Below are positions 46,839 to 57,147 of a stretch of 64,000 nucleotides of DNA, in pieces. The notes beneath the pieces were generated by a model. It was not told the origin of the DNA. It did not search any database and was given only the letters and a program-made list of their open reading frames with translations. Source of the stretch: an uncultured delta proteobacterium (GTDB taxonomy: Bacteria > Desulfobacterota > Binatia > Binatales > Binataceae); the NCBI GenBank assembly GCA_963794325.1, contig CAWCDG010000002.1:616143-680142 (forward strand), read 5' to 3'. The number at the start of each line of letters is the position of its first letter. The stretch's first letter is position 1. Both the position numbers and the translations under genes were made by a program.

Positions 46839-48269
46839 GTGAAAATCGCGCTCGACGCGATGGGGGGTGATCTCGCCCCCAAGGCGACCGTTGAGGGCGC
46901 CGTCCTGGCGGCTCGCGACTTCGGTATCGAGGTCGTGATGGTCGGCGATGGCGAGATCCTCGCGCATGAACTTGCCGACCATGACGCCGCCAACCTTCCG
47001 ATTCGAATCGAACACGCGCCCGAAGTCGTGCTGATGGACGACTCGCCGCTCGAAGCCGTGTTGTCCAAGCCCCGCTCGTCGATCCACGTCGGACTCGACC
47101 TCGTCAAGCGCGGTGACGCGAACGCATTCGTCAGCGCGGGAAACTCCGGCGCGGTGATGACGGCGTCGATGATGATCCTGGGCAATCTCAACTACGTCGA
47201 TCGGCCCGCGATCGCGTCGCTCGTGCCTACCAGCGAAGGTTTCAGCCTGCTGATCGATGCGGGCGCGAATACCGACGTCAAGCCGATCAACCTCGTGCAA
47301 TTCGCCGTGATGGGGAGCGTGTACTGGCGCTACGTTCGCAACGTCTCGCGCCCGCGCGTCGGGATTCTCTCGAACGGCGAGGAAAGTTCCAAGGGCACCG
47401 ACATCACGCGCGCCGCGGCCGCGATGCTCGAGCAGATGCCGACTTACGTGCATTACATCGGGTACGTCGAGGGACGCGATATCAACCGCGCGAAGGCGGA
47501 CGTCGTCGTCACCGACGGCTTCACCGGCAACGTCGCGCTCAAGACGATGGAGGGATTCTCGTCGTTTCTACTCGGCAGCCTGCGTGGAGTGTTCGGCGGA
47601 AATTGGCGCACGCGGCTGGCGTACCTGCTGGTGCGAAAAAACCTCACCGCCATGCGCGAGCGGCTCGATCCGTCGGAATACGGCGGCGCACCGCTGCTCG
47701 GGGTCAGCGGCGTGTCGATCATCGCGCACGGCTCGTCGAATCCCAAGGCGATTCGCAACGCGATTCGAGCCGCGGCGAACGAGCAACTCGTGCATCACGT
47801 GAACGCTGAAATTCTCGAAATTCTTGGGAAAATTCAGCCGGTCGGACCGGTCAAGCCTGCTGCGGGCAAGGGGATCCGGGCTCTATTCGGCAAGATGCGC
47901 GGACGATTGCATCGTCGCGAGAAAGAAGGCGAGGCCGGTAGGCACGACGATGCGAAGCACGACGAATCGCATCCGGTGACGAGCGGTACGGGCCCACTGC
48001 GCGAGCCGTCACCGGAGCACGGTGCGGATCACCATCCCGATCCAAAAATTGAGCGCGCCAATTATGAATCGACCCATTCGCGATCTCCTGGCAGCGGCTC
48101 GCTTAAGAACGAGGCGCGGGTCGAGACCGCAGACGTAGTCGCGACACCGCCGGCGACCAACGGCACGGCGGTAGGCATCGACAAGTCGCACAAATCAGGT
48201 GAGTTGCATCCGCAAGGTGAACCGGACGCCGACGCGAAATCGTCCGATCGCCCAAAGAGCGATTCGTGA
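46839..48269 (+). CDS. plsX: Phosphate acyltransferase PlsX with long C-terminal tail
   Basis: KIALDAMGGD, SAGNSGA, DAGAN, DGFTGNVALK, YGGAPLLG, HGSS; GTG start. Confidence 0.95.
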   Translation: MKIALDAMGGDLAPKATVEGAVLAARDFGIEVVMVGDGEILAHELADHDAANLPIRIEHAPEVVLMDDSPLEAVLSKPRSSIHVGLDLVKRGDANAFVSAGNSGAVMTASMMILGNLNYVDRPAIASLVPTSEGFSLLIDAGANTDVKPINLVQFAVMGSVYWRYVRNVSRPRVGILSNGEESSKGTDITRAAAAMLEQMPTYVHYIGYVEGRDINRAKADVVVTDGFTGNVALKTMEGFSSFLLGSLRGVFGGNWRTRLAYLLVRKNLTAMRERLDPSEYGGAPLLGVSGVSIIAHGSSNPKAIRNAIRAAANEQLVHHVNAEILEILGKIQPVGPVKPAAGKGIRALFGKMRGRLHRREKEGEAGRHDDAKHDESHPVTSGTGPLREPSPEHGADHHPDPKIERANYESTHSRSPGSGSLKNEARVETADVVATPPATNGTAVGIDKSHKSGELHPQGEPDADAKSSDRPKSDS

Positions 48270-48283
48270 GGCGCCGCCAATAG

Positions 48284-49228
48284 ATGAAGCTGGCGTTTCT
48301 TTTCCCAGGCCAGGGATCGCAACGCGTCGGGATGGGCAAGGAGCTCGCCGACAACTTCCCGGTCGCGCGCGAGACGTTCAGGGAAGCCGACGAAGCACTT
48401 GGATTTTCATTATCGAAGCTATGTTTCGAAGGTCCCGAAGACGAACTTCGCCTGACCGCCAATACGCAACCCGCGATCGTGACGGCCTCAATCGCCGCGC
48501 TGCGGGTTTATCGCGAGAAAATCGGCGGAGAGCCGGAAATCGCGGCGGGTCACAGCCTCGGTGAATACAGCGCGCTGGTCGCGGCCGGCGCTCTTGAGTT
48601 TGCCGACGCGGTGCGGGCAGTTCGCGAGCGTGGACGCCTGATGCAGGAAGCGGTCCCGCAAGGGCAGGGCGCGATGGCGGCGCTGATCGGGCTCGACTTG
48701 CCGCAAGTGCAGGAGATTTGCGCGGAAGTCACGGGCGACGGCCAGCTTGCGGTGCCGGCGAATCTCAATGCGCCCGGCCAAATCGTTATCGCCGGACATG
48801 CTGCTCCGGTCCGGCGCGCGCTCGAGATCGCAAAAGAGCGGGGCGCCTCGATGTCGGTCGAGTTGAAGGTGAGCGCGCCGTTTCATTGCCCACTGATGCA
48901 GCCGGCGCGCACTGGAATGGAACCGATGTTACGCGCGCTCACAGTTGGAGAGTTCCGGTTCGGCGTGATTGCGAACGTCACGGCGGAAGTCAATCGCGAT
49001 CCCGCTCGGGTGGTGCCGCTGCTGCTCGAACAGATAACCTCGCCGGTGCGATGGGAAGAATCGATGGGCGTGGTCGCGCGCAGCGGGGTTACGGAAGCGA
49101 TCGAATTCGGCTGTGGCCGCGTGCTGATGGGCCTGATGCGCCGGATGTACCGAACAATCCGCGTGCGGCCGCTCGAGGACCTCGCGTCGCTGAAGGCGGT
49201 ATCGGAGCCGGCCGCCGCCAAAGGTTAG
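48284..49228 (+). CDS. fabD: Malonyl-CoA:ACP transacylase
   Basis: FPGQGSQ, GHSLGEY, VSAPFH, PVRW. Confidence 0.96.
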   Translation: MKLAFLFPGQGSQRVGMGKELADNFPVARETFREADEALGFSLSKLCFEGPEDELRLTANTQPAIVTASIAALRVYREKIGGEPEIAAGHSLGEYSALVAAGALEFADAVRAVRERGRLMQEAVPQGQGAMAALIGLDLPQVQEICAEVTGDGQLAVPANLNAPGQIVIAGHAAPVRRALEIAKERGASMSVELKVSAPFHCPLMQPARTGMEPMLRALTVGEFRFGVIANVTAEVNRDPARVVPLLLEQITSPVRWEESMGVVARSGVTEAIEFGCGRVLMGLMRRMYRTIRVRPLEDLASLKAVSEPAAAKG

Positions 49229-49494
49229 GATTGATGATGGGATACTGGTCCAGAGAAGAGGCAGAATCTTGAATCGCGCAAAAGAGCGCGCTGCATAAGG
49301 TCCCTCTCCTTAAATCCTCTCCCGATGGGAGAGGGGAAGAACTTGCGTCCGCTCCTTTCAGTCCTTATGATCCCCTGATAATTTAATCCCGACCCTCTCG
49401 CCGGTTACCTCTGGTCTGCGCGGCAGTGGGATAATGTTAGAATATTGATTGGCGGCCAAATTACGATCCCGCTGCCAGGAGGAACTAGAGCACG

Positions 49495-49734
49495 ATGGCT
49501 CAAGACATCGAAACCAAAGTTCGCGAGAAAATAAGCGAACAGCTGGGTGTGGCCGCTGACGAAGTAACTCCGGAGGCCTCGTTCATCGAGGACCTCGGCG
49601 CGGACTCGCTCGATATCGTCGAGCTGGTAATGGCGCTGGAAGAGGAGTTCAACATCGAAATCTCTGACGAAGACGCCGAGAAAATCCGAACCGTCAAAGA
49701 CGTCGTCACCTACATCGAGGCTCACAAGAGCTGA
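49495..49734 (+). CDS. acpP: Acyl carrier protein
   Basis: [19 protein letters not shown]; AGGAGG RBS. Confidence 0.97.
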   Translation: MAQDIETKVREKISEQLGVAADEVTPEASFIEDLGADSLDIVELVMALEEEFNIEISDEDAEKIRTVKDVVTYIEAHKS

Positions 49735-49811
49735 AGCTCCGCGGCGCAAAACTCGTTCGTTACAAGTCGGCGGGGCCGCGGCGAATCGCCGGATGGACCC
49801 GGGGTTAGTCC

Positions 49812-50318
49812 ATGCGGTGCCCCTTCTGCCGCCATCGGGGAAATCGCGTCATCGATTCGAGGCTCGCGAACGACGGCATGTTGATTCGGCGTCGTCGCGC
49901 GTGCTCGGGATGCAAGCGGCGCTTCACGACCTACGAACGAGTCGAAGAGGCGGCGCCGATGGTGGTCAAGAAAGACGGACGCCGGGAGCCGTTCGATCGC
50001 GCCAAGATAGTCGCGGGCTTGAAGCGCGCGTGCGAGAAGCGGCCGGTCTCGATGGAAACGATCGAGCAACTGGCCAACAACATCGAGACTGCGATGACCG
50101 AACAGAGCGATCGCGAGGTGGCGAGCAGCGTGGTCGGCGCGGCGGTGATGAACGAGCTGCACAAAATCGACCAGGTCGCGTACGTGCGCTTCGCGTCGGT
50201 CTATCGCCAATTCAAGGATATCGACGAGTTCATGCACGAGCTCGAAGACCTCATCAATCAACGCAAGCAAGCTCCCGCGCATCGCGCCGGTGAAAAGAAA
50301 GGCAACGGCGCCGCCTGA
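49812..50318 (+). CDS. nrdR: Transcriptional repressor NrdR
   Basis: MRCPFC, IRRRR.C..C..RFTTYE, ATP cone, [10 protein letters not shown]. Confidence 0.97.
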   Translation: MRCPFCRHRGNRVIDSRLANDGMLIRRRRACSGCKRRFTTYERVEEAAPMVVKKDGRREPFDRAKIVAGLKRACEKRPVSMETIEQLANNIETAMTEQSDREVASSVVGAAVMNELHKIDQVAYVRFASVYRQFKDIDEFMHELEDLINQRKQAPAHRAGEKKGNGAA

Positions 50319-51429
50319 TTCGGCTGCGATTCGGGACGAGCGCTTCATGCGCGACGCGCTCGCGCTCGCACAAGAACAGCTCGGGCTGACCACTCCAAAT
50401 CCGTCCGTAGGATGCGTGATCGTGCGCGGCGAAAAAGTCGTCGGGCGCGGCGTCACCGGCGTGGGCGGGCGTCCGCACGGCGAGACGGTGGCAATCGCGG
50501 AGGCGGGCGCGCTCGCGCGCGGCGCGACCGCGTACGTATCGTTCGAGCCATGCGCACATTTCGGGCAGACGCCGCCGTGCGCGAACGCGCTGGTCGCGGT
50601 GGGCGTCAAGCGCGTCGTCGTGGGATGCGTCGATCCGGACCCGCGCGTCAGCGGTCGAGGAATCGCAATCCTGAAGCGCGCGAAGACAGTCGTCACGGCC
50701 GGAGTGCTCGAAGAAGAGTCTTTGCGGCTCAATGAAGGGTTCATTACGCGGCTGCGACAGGGACGCCCGATGAACACCCTCAAGCTTGCGATGTCGATGG
50801 ACGGGCGAATCGCCGCGAGCAGCGGCGATTCGCGATGGATCAGTTCGCGCGAATCGCGCGAACTGGTCCATCGATGGCGTCGCGAATGCGACGCCATCAT
50901 GGTCGGTGCGGGCACGGTGATCGCCGACAATCCACGACTGACGTGCAGAATCGCGGGCGGACGCGATCCGGCGCGCGTCGTCGTCGACGCGCGCCTGCGC
51001 TCCTCGCCGAGCGCACTCGTATATCGTCAGCGCTCGAAGGCCCCAACTATCTTGGTCACGACGCCTGCGAATCTCGCTCGCGCGCGAGCGAGATATGAGC
51101 GTCGCGGTGTCGAGGTGATCTCGGTCGCGACTCATAGCGGAATCATCGAGCTGGATCGCTTGATGCTCGAGTTTGGGCATCGCGGATGGTGCCGTGTTTT
51201 AATCGAAGGCGGTGCAAATCTCGCCGGCTCCGCACTCAGTGCCGGAATCGTCGATCGGGTGGCATTCTTCGTCGCGCCCAAACTCCTTGGTGCGGGCCTC
51301 TCCGCGATCGAGGGAATGAAATCGCGCAGCGTGCGCGATTCCGTCCAACTTGAGGATCTTTCGGCGCGTCAAGTCGGCGACGACTGGCTGTTCGAGGGTC
51401 GGGTGCGCCGGACAGGAAGAAAATGTTAA
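50290..51429 (+). CDS. ribD: Diaminohydroxyphosphoribosylaminopyrimidine deaminase/reductase
   Basis: [37 protein letters not shown]; start uncertain. Confidence 0.95.
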   Translation: MKRKATAPPDSAAIRDERFMRDALALAQEQLGLTTPNPSVGCVIVRGEKVVGRGVTGVGGRPHGETVAIAEAGALARGATAYVSFEPCAHFGQTPPCANALVAVGVKRVVVGCVDPDPRVSGRGIAILKRAKTVVTAGVLEEESLRLNEGFITRLRQGRPMNTLKLAMSMDGRIAASSGDSRWISSRESRELVHRWRRECDAIMVGAGTVIADNPRLTCRIAGGRDPARVVVDARLRSSPSALVYRQRSKAPTILVTTPANLARARARYERRGVEVISVATHSGIIELDRLMLEFGHRGWCRVLIEGGANLAGSALSAGIVDRVAFFVAPKLLGAGLSAIEGMKSRSVRDSVQLEDLSARQVGDDWLFEGRVRRTGRKC

Positions 51430-51509
51430 CTCAATCTTCAACCCAAGAGCTGATTCACTGAATAGACTGGTTAGGTTCTCCAGCCGGTGATAATATCGCC
51501 ATCATTGAA

Positions 51510-52730
51510 TTGAATCAGATGAAACCGGCCTCTCTAGAAGAAATTTTCTCCACGCTGCGCGACGGAAAGATGGTCGTGATGGTCGCGGAGGAGCGCGAGG
51601 ACGCCGAGGGCGACCTCGTGATGGCGGCCGAGAAGATCACCCCAGTCGATATCAATTTCATGGCGCGCGAGGCCTGCGGCGTCATTTCGGTCGCGATTCC
51701 CGAGAAGCGTTTCCGCGCACTTGGCATTCCGCTCCAGCCTTCGACCGACAACGGCGATTCCAACGAACAGGCCGGCGTGCTGATCGACGCTCGCGAGGGC
51801 GCCACCACCGGCATCTCGGCGAGCGATCGTGCACGCGTGATTTCGGTAGTCGCATTCGACGAGTCGCGTCACGACGATATCGTTATGCCGGGACACATCC
51901 TGCCCTTGATGGCGCTGAGCGGCGGCGTGATGGTGCGAATAGGGCGCGCCGAGGGCGCGGTCGACCTGGTTCGCTCTGCGGGAATGGGTTCGGTCGCGGC
52001 GTTGTGCACGATACTGCGCGAGGACGGCGAAGCCGCGCGGCTCAAGGAACTTCGAGAATTCGCGACGAAGCATTCGATCCCAATCGTTTACGTCAAGGAA
52101 CTCGTCTCGCATCGCCTGACGAATGAAGTCCTGGTCCAGCGGGTTTCCGAGCAGCCGTTCCCGATCGAGGGCGGCATGCTGAATGCAGTCGTCTTCCGCA
52201 ACGTCGTTGACGGCCGCGAGCATCTCGCGCTTATCAAGGGTCAGGTCGGCGGTGGACGCTCGGCGCTGGTGCGGCTCCATTCGGAATGTCTCACTGGCGA
52301 CGTGTTTGCGTCCGCGCGATGCGATTGCGGCGAGCAGTTGCAGGAGGCGCTCGATCGAATCATGGCGGCGGAGCGCGGCGTGGTGATTTATCTCCATCAG
52401 GAGGGCCGCGGTATCGGGCTCGGCAACAAGATTCGCGCGTACGCGCTCCAGGACAATGGGATGGACACGGTCGAAGCGAATTTGCATCTCGGCTTCGAGG
52501 AGGACCTGCGCGATTACGGAATCGGCGCGCAGATTTTGCGCGACCTCGGCGTCGGCGAGGTGCAGTTGCTCACCAACAATCCGCACAAAATTGACAGCCT
52601 GCGCCGTTACGGGGTGAATGTCTCTCGCGTGCCGATCGAAGTCGTGCCGCACGCCGGAAATATCGGGTACTTGAAAACCAAAAAGGAAAAACTCGGCCAT
52701 CTTTTTTCGGAGCTGAAACTGATCACATGA
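51510..52730 (+). CDS. ribA: RibBA fusion with intact GTP cyclohydrolase II and degenerate DHBP synthase domain
   Basis: C-terminal [33 protein letters not shown] intact; N-terminal RibB motifs altered. Confidence 0.92.
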   Translation: MNQMKPASLEEIFSTLRDGKMVVMVAEEREDAEGDLVMAAEKITPVDINFMAREACGVISVAIPEKRFRALGIPLQPSTDNGDSNEQAGVLIDAREGATTGISASDRARVISVVAFDESRHDDIVMPGHILPLMALSGGVMVRIGRAEGAVDLVRSAGMGSVAALCTILREDGEAARLKELREFATKHSIPIVYVKELVSHRLTNEVLVQRVSEQPFPIEGGMLNAVVFRNVVDGREHLALIKGQVGGGRSALVRLHSECLTGDVFASARCDCGEQLQEALDRIMAAERGVVIYLHQEGRGIGLGNKIRAYALQDNGMDTVEANLHLGFEEDLRDYGIGAQILRDLGVGEVQLLTNNPHKIDSLRRYGVNVSRVPIEVVPHAGNIGYLKTKKEKLGHLFSELKLIT

Positions 52731-52785
52731 AAAAGTAAGCCGCTGCGCCGGCGCAGCGCGCGTTGCCAGCGACTGTGGAATTGCA

Positions 52786-53232
52786 ATGGGATTAAGACAT
52801 CAGGGGCGCGAGCTTGCGCTCAAAGCCCTATACCGGATTGATATCTGCGGCGGCGCGAGCAGCGACGACCTGACCGCGCTGTTCGAAAGTTTTCCGGTCG
52901 AGGATGACGCGCGCAAGTTTGCCGTCCAGCTGATGGAAGGGGTGAGGCGCGAGCAGCCGGCGCTCGACAAGCATCTGGCGGACGCGCTGGAACACTGGTC
53001 GGTCAAGCGGCTGTCGCGCGTCGATCACAACGTCATGCGAATCGCGCTTTACGAATTGCTGCGGATGGAGGACATTCCAACGCGCGTTACGATCGACGAG
53101 GCAATCGAGCTGGCGAAGTGTTACGGCGACATCGAATCGGGACGCTTCGTCAATGGGGTGCTGGACGAAATTGCGGGACGGCTGGGGCTCAAGCAGAAGG
53201 GTGAGGATGTCACGTTATCCAAGGCCGAGTAG
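52786..53232 (+). CDS. nusB: Transcription antitermination factor NusB
   Basis: RELALKALY, W...RL..VD, IDEAIELAK.YG...S..FVNGVLD. Confidence 0.95.
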   Translation: MGLRHQGRELALKALYRIDICGGASSDDLTALFESFPVEDDARKFAVQLMEGVRREQPALDKHLADALEHWSVKRLSRVDHNVMRIALYELLRMEDIPTRVTIDEAIELAKCYGDIESGRFVNGVLDEIAGRLGLKQKGEDVTLSKAE

Positions 53233-53812
53233 GCGGATCGGCTTAATAATAGGCGCGGCGCTCTTTCTTTCCGGATGCGGCTATCACTTCGCGGCGTCGG
53301 GCGACGCGTTGCCGAGTGGCGCCAATACGATTTACGTTTCGCGATTCAGCAACAGCACGCGCCTGACGGGCGTCAACGACGAGTTGATGCGCTACATCAA
53401 GGACGAAATCGCGTTGCATCGCAGACTCAAGGTCGTCGATAGTCCCGATGCGGCCGATTTGGAATTGTCGGGGGATGTCAGATTTGTCAACCAGACGCCG
53501 TCGAACTTCAACTCGGCTCTCGAACCGACCCAATACAACCAGAGCATCGTTGTCTCGGCGTCGCTCAGAGATGTCCGCGCCAAGAAGACTATCTGGACTA
53601 CGCGCAACGTCAGCGCCGGCGAGCATACGCCTATCGTGCCGCAAACCACCGTGGCGACGACGCCAACTTTTCTGCAGCAGAATTTGCGCGCCAATGACAT
53701 CGCAAATCTGACCGACATCCAGACTGCACAATCGGAAACCTCGGCCTACCGCGACGTGATGATGCAGCGGGTCGCGCAAAACCTCTATAGTCAGATGGCC
53801 GAAGGCTTCTAG
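53207..53812 (+). CDS. lptE: LPS assembly lipoprotein LptE family
   Basis: Lipobox LSG|CGYHF; directly upstream of holA. Confidence 0.8.
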   Translation: MSRYPRPSRRIGLIIGAALFLSGCGYHFAASGDALPSGANTIYVSRFSNSTRLTGVNDELMRYIKDEIALHRRLKVVDSPDAADLELSGDVRFVNQTPSNFNSALEPTQYNQSIVVSASLRDVRAKKTIWTTRNVSAGEHTPIVPQTTVATTPTFLQQNLRANDIANLTDIQTAQSETSAYRDVMMQRVAQNLYSQMAEGF

Positions 53813-53823
53813 CGAGTCTGCGC

Positions 53824-54897
53824 ATGCCGCTGGAAACCGCGCTGGCGTACATTCGAGGGGCGGGCGGAGATCCCGGAAAGCGAATCCCGCCGGTGGTCGT
53901 GATCTTCGGACCGCATGCGTTCCTGCGCGAATACGTTCTCGATTCGGTCGTTCGCAAGCTCATCGCTGACGGTTGCCAGTATCGAAGCTTTCAGATTGGC
54001 TCCGGTGACGACTATGGCGCCGCGCTGAACGAACTTAACGCCCCCGATTTGTTCGCACCTCGGCGCGCGATCGCATGCCGAATCCTGAAGTCGCGGCGCG
54101 ACAAGGCGGAGACTGCCAGCGATGCTGACGGCGGCGACACGCGTGGGTCGGGCGGCGGCGGCTCGGAGGCGGCGCTGGTCGCGGCTATCGAGGATGCGCG
54201 CGGCCCCGGCCATCTCATTTTGCTCTACGAAAAAGACAGTGCGCCCGCGAAAGTCCGCCGAGCGGCTGAAAAACCGGCGCTGCTCGTGAATTGCATGCGG
54301 CCGTTCGATAATCAGATCGAGCAGTACGTCAATGCGTTCGCGAATGCGCTGGGATTAAAACTGTTGCCAGCGGCGCTCGACCTGATCATTTCGCGCCATG
54401 GCGGAGATTTGGCGGCGGTCGCCAACACGCTCGGCAAAGTTACGATTTTCGCCGAGCCTGGCAAACTGGTGCAGCCGGGAGATTTGGATGAGGGCTCGCG
54501 CCGGATGCCGGAAGTCTTCGAGCTTGCCGAGAGCGTCGCTCGCGGCCGGGCCACGGCGGCGCTCGCGCAGTTGGGCCGCGCGCTCGCGCTCGGGCGCGAG
54601 GTCTTCGAGATTCTCGCGGTCGAGATCATCCCGATGATGCGCCGGATGATGATCGCGGCCTCGATGATGGCGTCGCGCAGAAGTCCCGGCGATGTCGCCG
54701 CTGCGCTTGGACTGCCGCCGCAAAGCGGACTGGCGACTCGCGCAATCGAAGGAGCGCGGCGCTTCGGATTGGCGCGCCTCGAGCGCGCTTACTGGCGCGC
54801 GTGCGCGATGGACGCGGGATTCAAGGACGGCACGATAAAAGGGCGCGAGGAAGCGCTCGCCGGACTGATCCTCGATCTGATGACGGCGCCCGACTAG
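53824..54897 (+). CDS. holA: DNA polymerase III subunit delta
   Basis: PVVVIFG, DLFAPRR, VFELAE, D..FK; lptE-holA/rpsT synteny. Confidence 0.8.
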   Translation: MPLETALAYIRGAGGDPGKRIPPVVVIFGPHAFLREYVLDSVVRKLIADGCQYRSFQIGSGDDYGAALNELNAPDLFAPRRAIACRILKSRRDKAETASDADGGDTRGSGGGGSEAALVAAIEDARGPGHLILLYEKDSAPAKVRRAAEKPALLVNCMRPFDNQIEQYVNAFANALGLKLLPAALDLIISRHGGDLAAVANTLGKVTIFAEPGKLVQPGDLDEGSRRMPEVFELAESVARGRATAALAQLGRALALGREVFEILAVEIIPMMRRMMIAASMMASRRSPGDVAAALGLPPQSGLATRAIEGARRFGLARLERAYWRACAMDAGFKDGTIKGREEALAGLILDLMTAPD

Positions 54898-54921
54898 GCA
54901 GCCATCATTCGAGCGGACGAC

Positions 54922-55206
54922 TTACGCTTTCTTGAATTTGCGATGCAGGCTGGCGGACAGCCGCGCAACTTTGCGCCGCACCGTATTGCGATGTATCGTG
55001 CCGCTGCTGATCGCCTTGTACAGCACCTTGGTCGCCTGCTTGAGCGCTTCGCGCGCCGCGGCCTCGTCGCTGCTGGTGGCGATAGTTTCCGCGGCGGTCT
55101 TTGCTAACGTGCGGGCACGTGTGCGAACGACGCGGTTGCGCTCAGCGCGCTTAAGACTTTGCCGATGACGTTTCTCGGCCGACGGATGAACGGGAATATG
55201 AGGCAT
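54922..55206 (-). CDS. rpsT: 30S ribosomal protein S20
   Basis: SAEKRHRQSLKR..RN, G.IH.N...RK.ARL. Confidence 0.95.
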   Translation of the reverse strand: MPHIPVHPSAEKRHRQSLKRAERNRVVRTRARTLAKTAAETIATSSDEAAAREALKQATKVLYKAISSGTIHRNTVRRKVARLSASLHRKFKKA

Positions 55207-55275
55207 AACCAGTCATTTCTAACAGTGCGCGAGAGCGGGGGCAATACAGCGAAGATCGGTAGTGGTCCTGATTAC

Positions 55276-55400
55276 AGTGGGGCGGGCCGCCGTGCCCGCG
55301 CCCTCTCCTTAATGTTGCGGCCACACCCCAGCGTCACTCATCGGTAAGCGTGGGCGCGGCGCCCGCGCGTCGATGGCGGGCACGGCGGCCCGCCCCACTA
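55276..55400. repeat. Family D REP doublet (REPIN-like)
   Basis: AGTGGGGCGGGCCGCCGTGCCCGC ... GCGGGCACGGCGGCCCGCCCCACT inverted pair. Confidence 0.85.
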
Positions 55401-56204
55401 TGAGCGCAGAGCGGCTTTTGCTTCTTTCCACAGAGCGTCGATTTCTGCAGGTGTCATCGCTTTGAGATCGAGGCCGCGCGAAGCTGCGATTCGTGCGACT
55501 TCGTCGAAACGCGCGACGAACTTGTCGCAGGCGGCGCGCAGGGTTGTCTCGGCATCCTTGTTGATGAAGCGCGGGGCGTTGGCGATTGCGAGCATCAGGT
55601 CGCCCAGTTCTTCGGCGGCGTGAGCGGTGTCGTTGCGATCGAGCGCCTGCTCGACTTCGTCGAGTTCTTCGCGAGCCTTCGCCAGCACCTCGCGGATGTT
55701 TGCCCAGTCCATGCCGGCGCGCCGCGCCTTTTCGCCGAGTTTCTCCGCGCGCATCATCGACGGCAGGCCGCGGCCGACGTGCGCGAGGCTCTTTGCGCTG
55801 TCGTCGTCCTCGTTCTTGCTCTCGCGTTCCTGCTGTTTGATCTTCTCCCAATTCTCGAGGACCCGCTCGACTGTCTCGGCGTGAGTATCGCCGTAAATAT
55901 GCGGATGCCGCCGGATGAGTTTTTCCGCGGCGTTCTTGACGACCGTCGCGATATCGAACTCCGAATCCTCAGCAAGAATCACTCCGGCAAACACGCATTG
56001 CGCGATTACGTCGCCAAGTTCCTCTGCCGCATGCGCCGGGTTGCCGTGTGCGATCGCGTCAGCCGCCTCGTACGCTTCCTCGATCAGATGTCGCGGCGTG
56101 TCGTTGAGTTTCTGTTCGCGATCCCACGGGCATCGTTCGCGCAGTTCCGTGACGACTGCGAGCAGTTTCGCAAATGCTTCCGCAGCGGTGGTGTTGTCGC
56201 TCAT
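55398..56204 (-). CDS. mazG: Nucleoside triphosphate pyrophosphohydrolase MazG
   Basis: CPWDREQ, IEEAYE, EELGD, KLIRRHPH, second EELGD. Confidence 0.95.
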   Translation of the reverse strand: MSDNTTAAEAFAKLLAVVTELRERCPWDREQKLNDTPRHLIEEAYEAADAIAHGNPAHAAEELGDVIAQCVFAGVILAEDSEFDIATVVKNAAEKLIRRHPHIYGDTHAETVERVLENWEKIKQQERESKNEDDDSAKSLAHVGRGLPSMMRAEKLGEKARRAGMDWANIREVLAKAREELDEVEQALDRNDTAHAAEELGDLMLAIANAPRFINKDAETTLRAACDKFVARFDEVARIAASRGLDLKAMTPAEIDALWKEAKAALRS

Positions 56205-56284
56205 GGCGACGATCCTAGCACGCTTTGTTTTTGGAAAGATCCGGGATTCTTCGCCGCAGCGGCTCTGAATGGCACAATGGGGCA

Positions 56285-57043
56285 ATGAAAATCATCGACA
56301 TCGGGGTGCCGCTCGACGCCGCGCCTTATCCGCCTTGGAACTATCGCTTCAAACGAGTCAGCCACGAGGAAGGCGCTCGCGCGATGCTCCGCCTGTTCAA
56401 GGGTTCCGACGTTGGCGACTATCCGAGTTCGATGGCGCTCGGATGGGAGACCATCACGCTGACGGGCCACGCTGGAAATCACATCGACGCGCCGTGGCAT
56501 TTCGGGCCGCTATGCGAGGGCCGCCCCGCGCGCACGATCGATCAGATTCCACTGGAGTGGTGCTACGGCGACGGCGTCCGGCTGGACTTTCGCCATCGCG
56601 AGGGCAACGACATCAGCGTCGAGGACATCAAGAGCGAGCTTGCGCGAATCGAGTACACGCTCAAGCCGCTCGACATCGTGCTGCTATGGACGGGAAGCGA
56701 CCGGTATCTCGACAACGTCGATGAATACGTCCGTCGGCAGGCAGGCCTCTCAGTCGCGGGCCAGAATTTCATTCTCGACCAGGGCGTAAAGCTTATCGGC
56801 ATCGACGCGATCGCAATGGACGTGTCGTTCGCCACGATGGCGCGCGGGTTGCGCGAGGGGCAGCCCGACGCGTTGTTCCCGGCGCATTTCGTCGGCCGCG
56901 AGCGCGAACATCTGCATATGGAGAAGCTCGCCAACCTCGGCGCGATCCCGCGCCCGTTCGGTTTCAAGGTGAGCGCGCTGCCGATCAAGATTACCGGCGG
57001 GAGCGCGGGATGGGTGCGTCCGGTCGCGATTGTGGAGGAATAA
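56285..57043 (+). CDS. Cyclase family metal-dependent hydrolase (kynurenine formamidase-like)
   Basis: HAGNHIDAPWH, IGID, EKLANL, P.KI..GS..WVR. Confidence 0.9.
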   Translation: MKIIDIGVPLDAAPYPPWNYRFKRVSHEEGARAMLRLFKGSDVGDYPSSMALGWETITLTGHAGNHIDAPWHFGPLCEGRPARTIDQIPLEWCYGDGVRLDFRHREGNDISVEDIKSELARIEYTLKPLDIVLLWTGSDRYLDNVDEYVRRQAGLSVAGQNFILDQGVKLIGIDAIAMDVSFATMARGLREGQPDALFPAHFVGREREHLHMEKLANLGAIPRPFGFKVSALPIKITGGSAGWVRPVAIVEE

Positions 57044-57075
57044 AGGCCGCGTCAGCACCGTCATCGGGGAATAGG

Positions 57076-57120
57076 AACCTTATCCCTAACCCCTTCCCGA
57101 GCGGGAAGGGGGACCGGAAA
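57076..57120. repeat. Family A palindromic repeat
   Basis: CCCTAACCCCTTCCCGAGCGGGAAGGGGGACCGG. Confidence 0.8.
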
Positions 57121-57147
57121 AGAGAGGGCGAGTATCGGGCGAGGTAA

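Noticed and set aside
51423-51461. Short [15 protein letters not shown] after ribD as a ribE remnant
   Set aside because: Similarity to the MFTG start of RibE is too weak to support.
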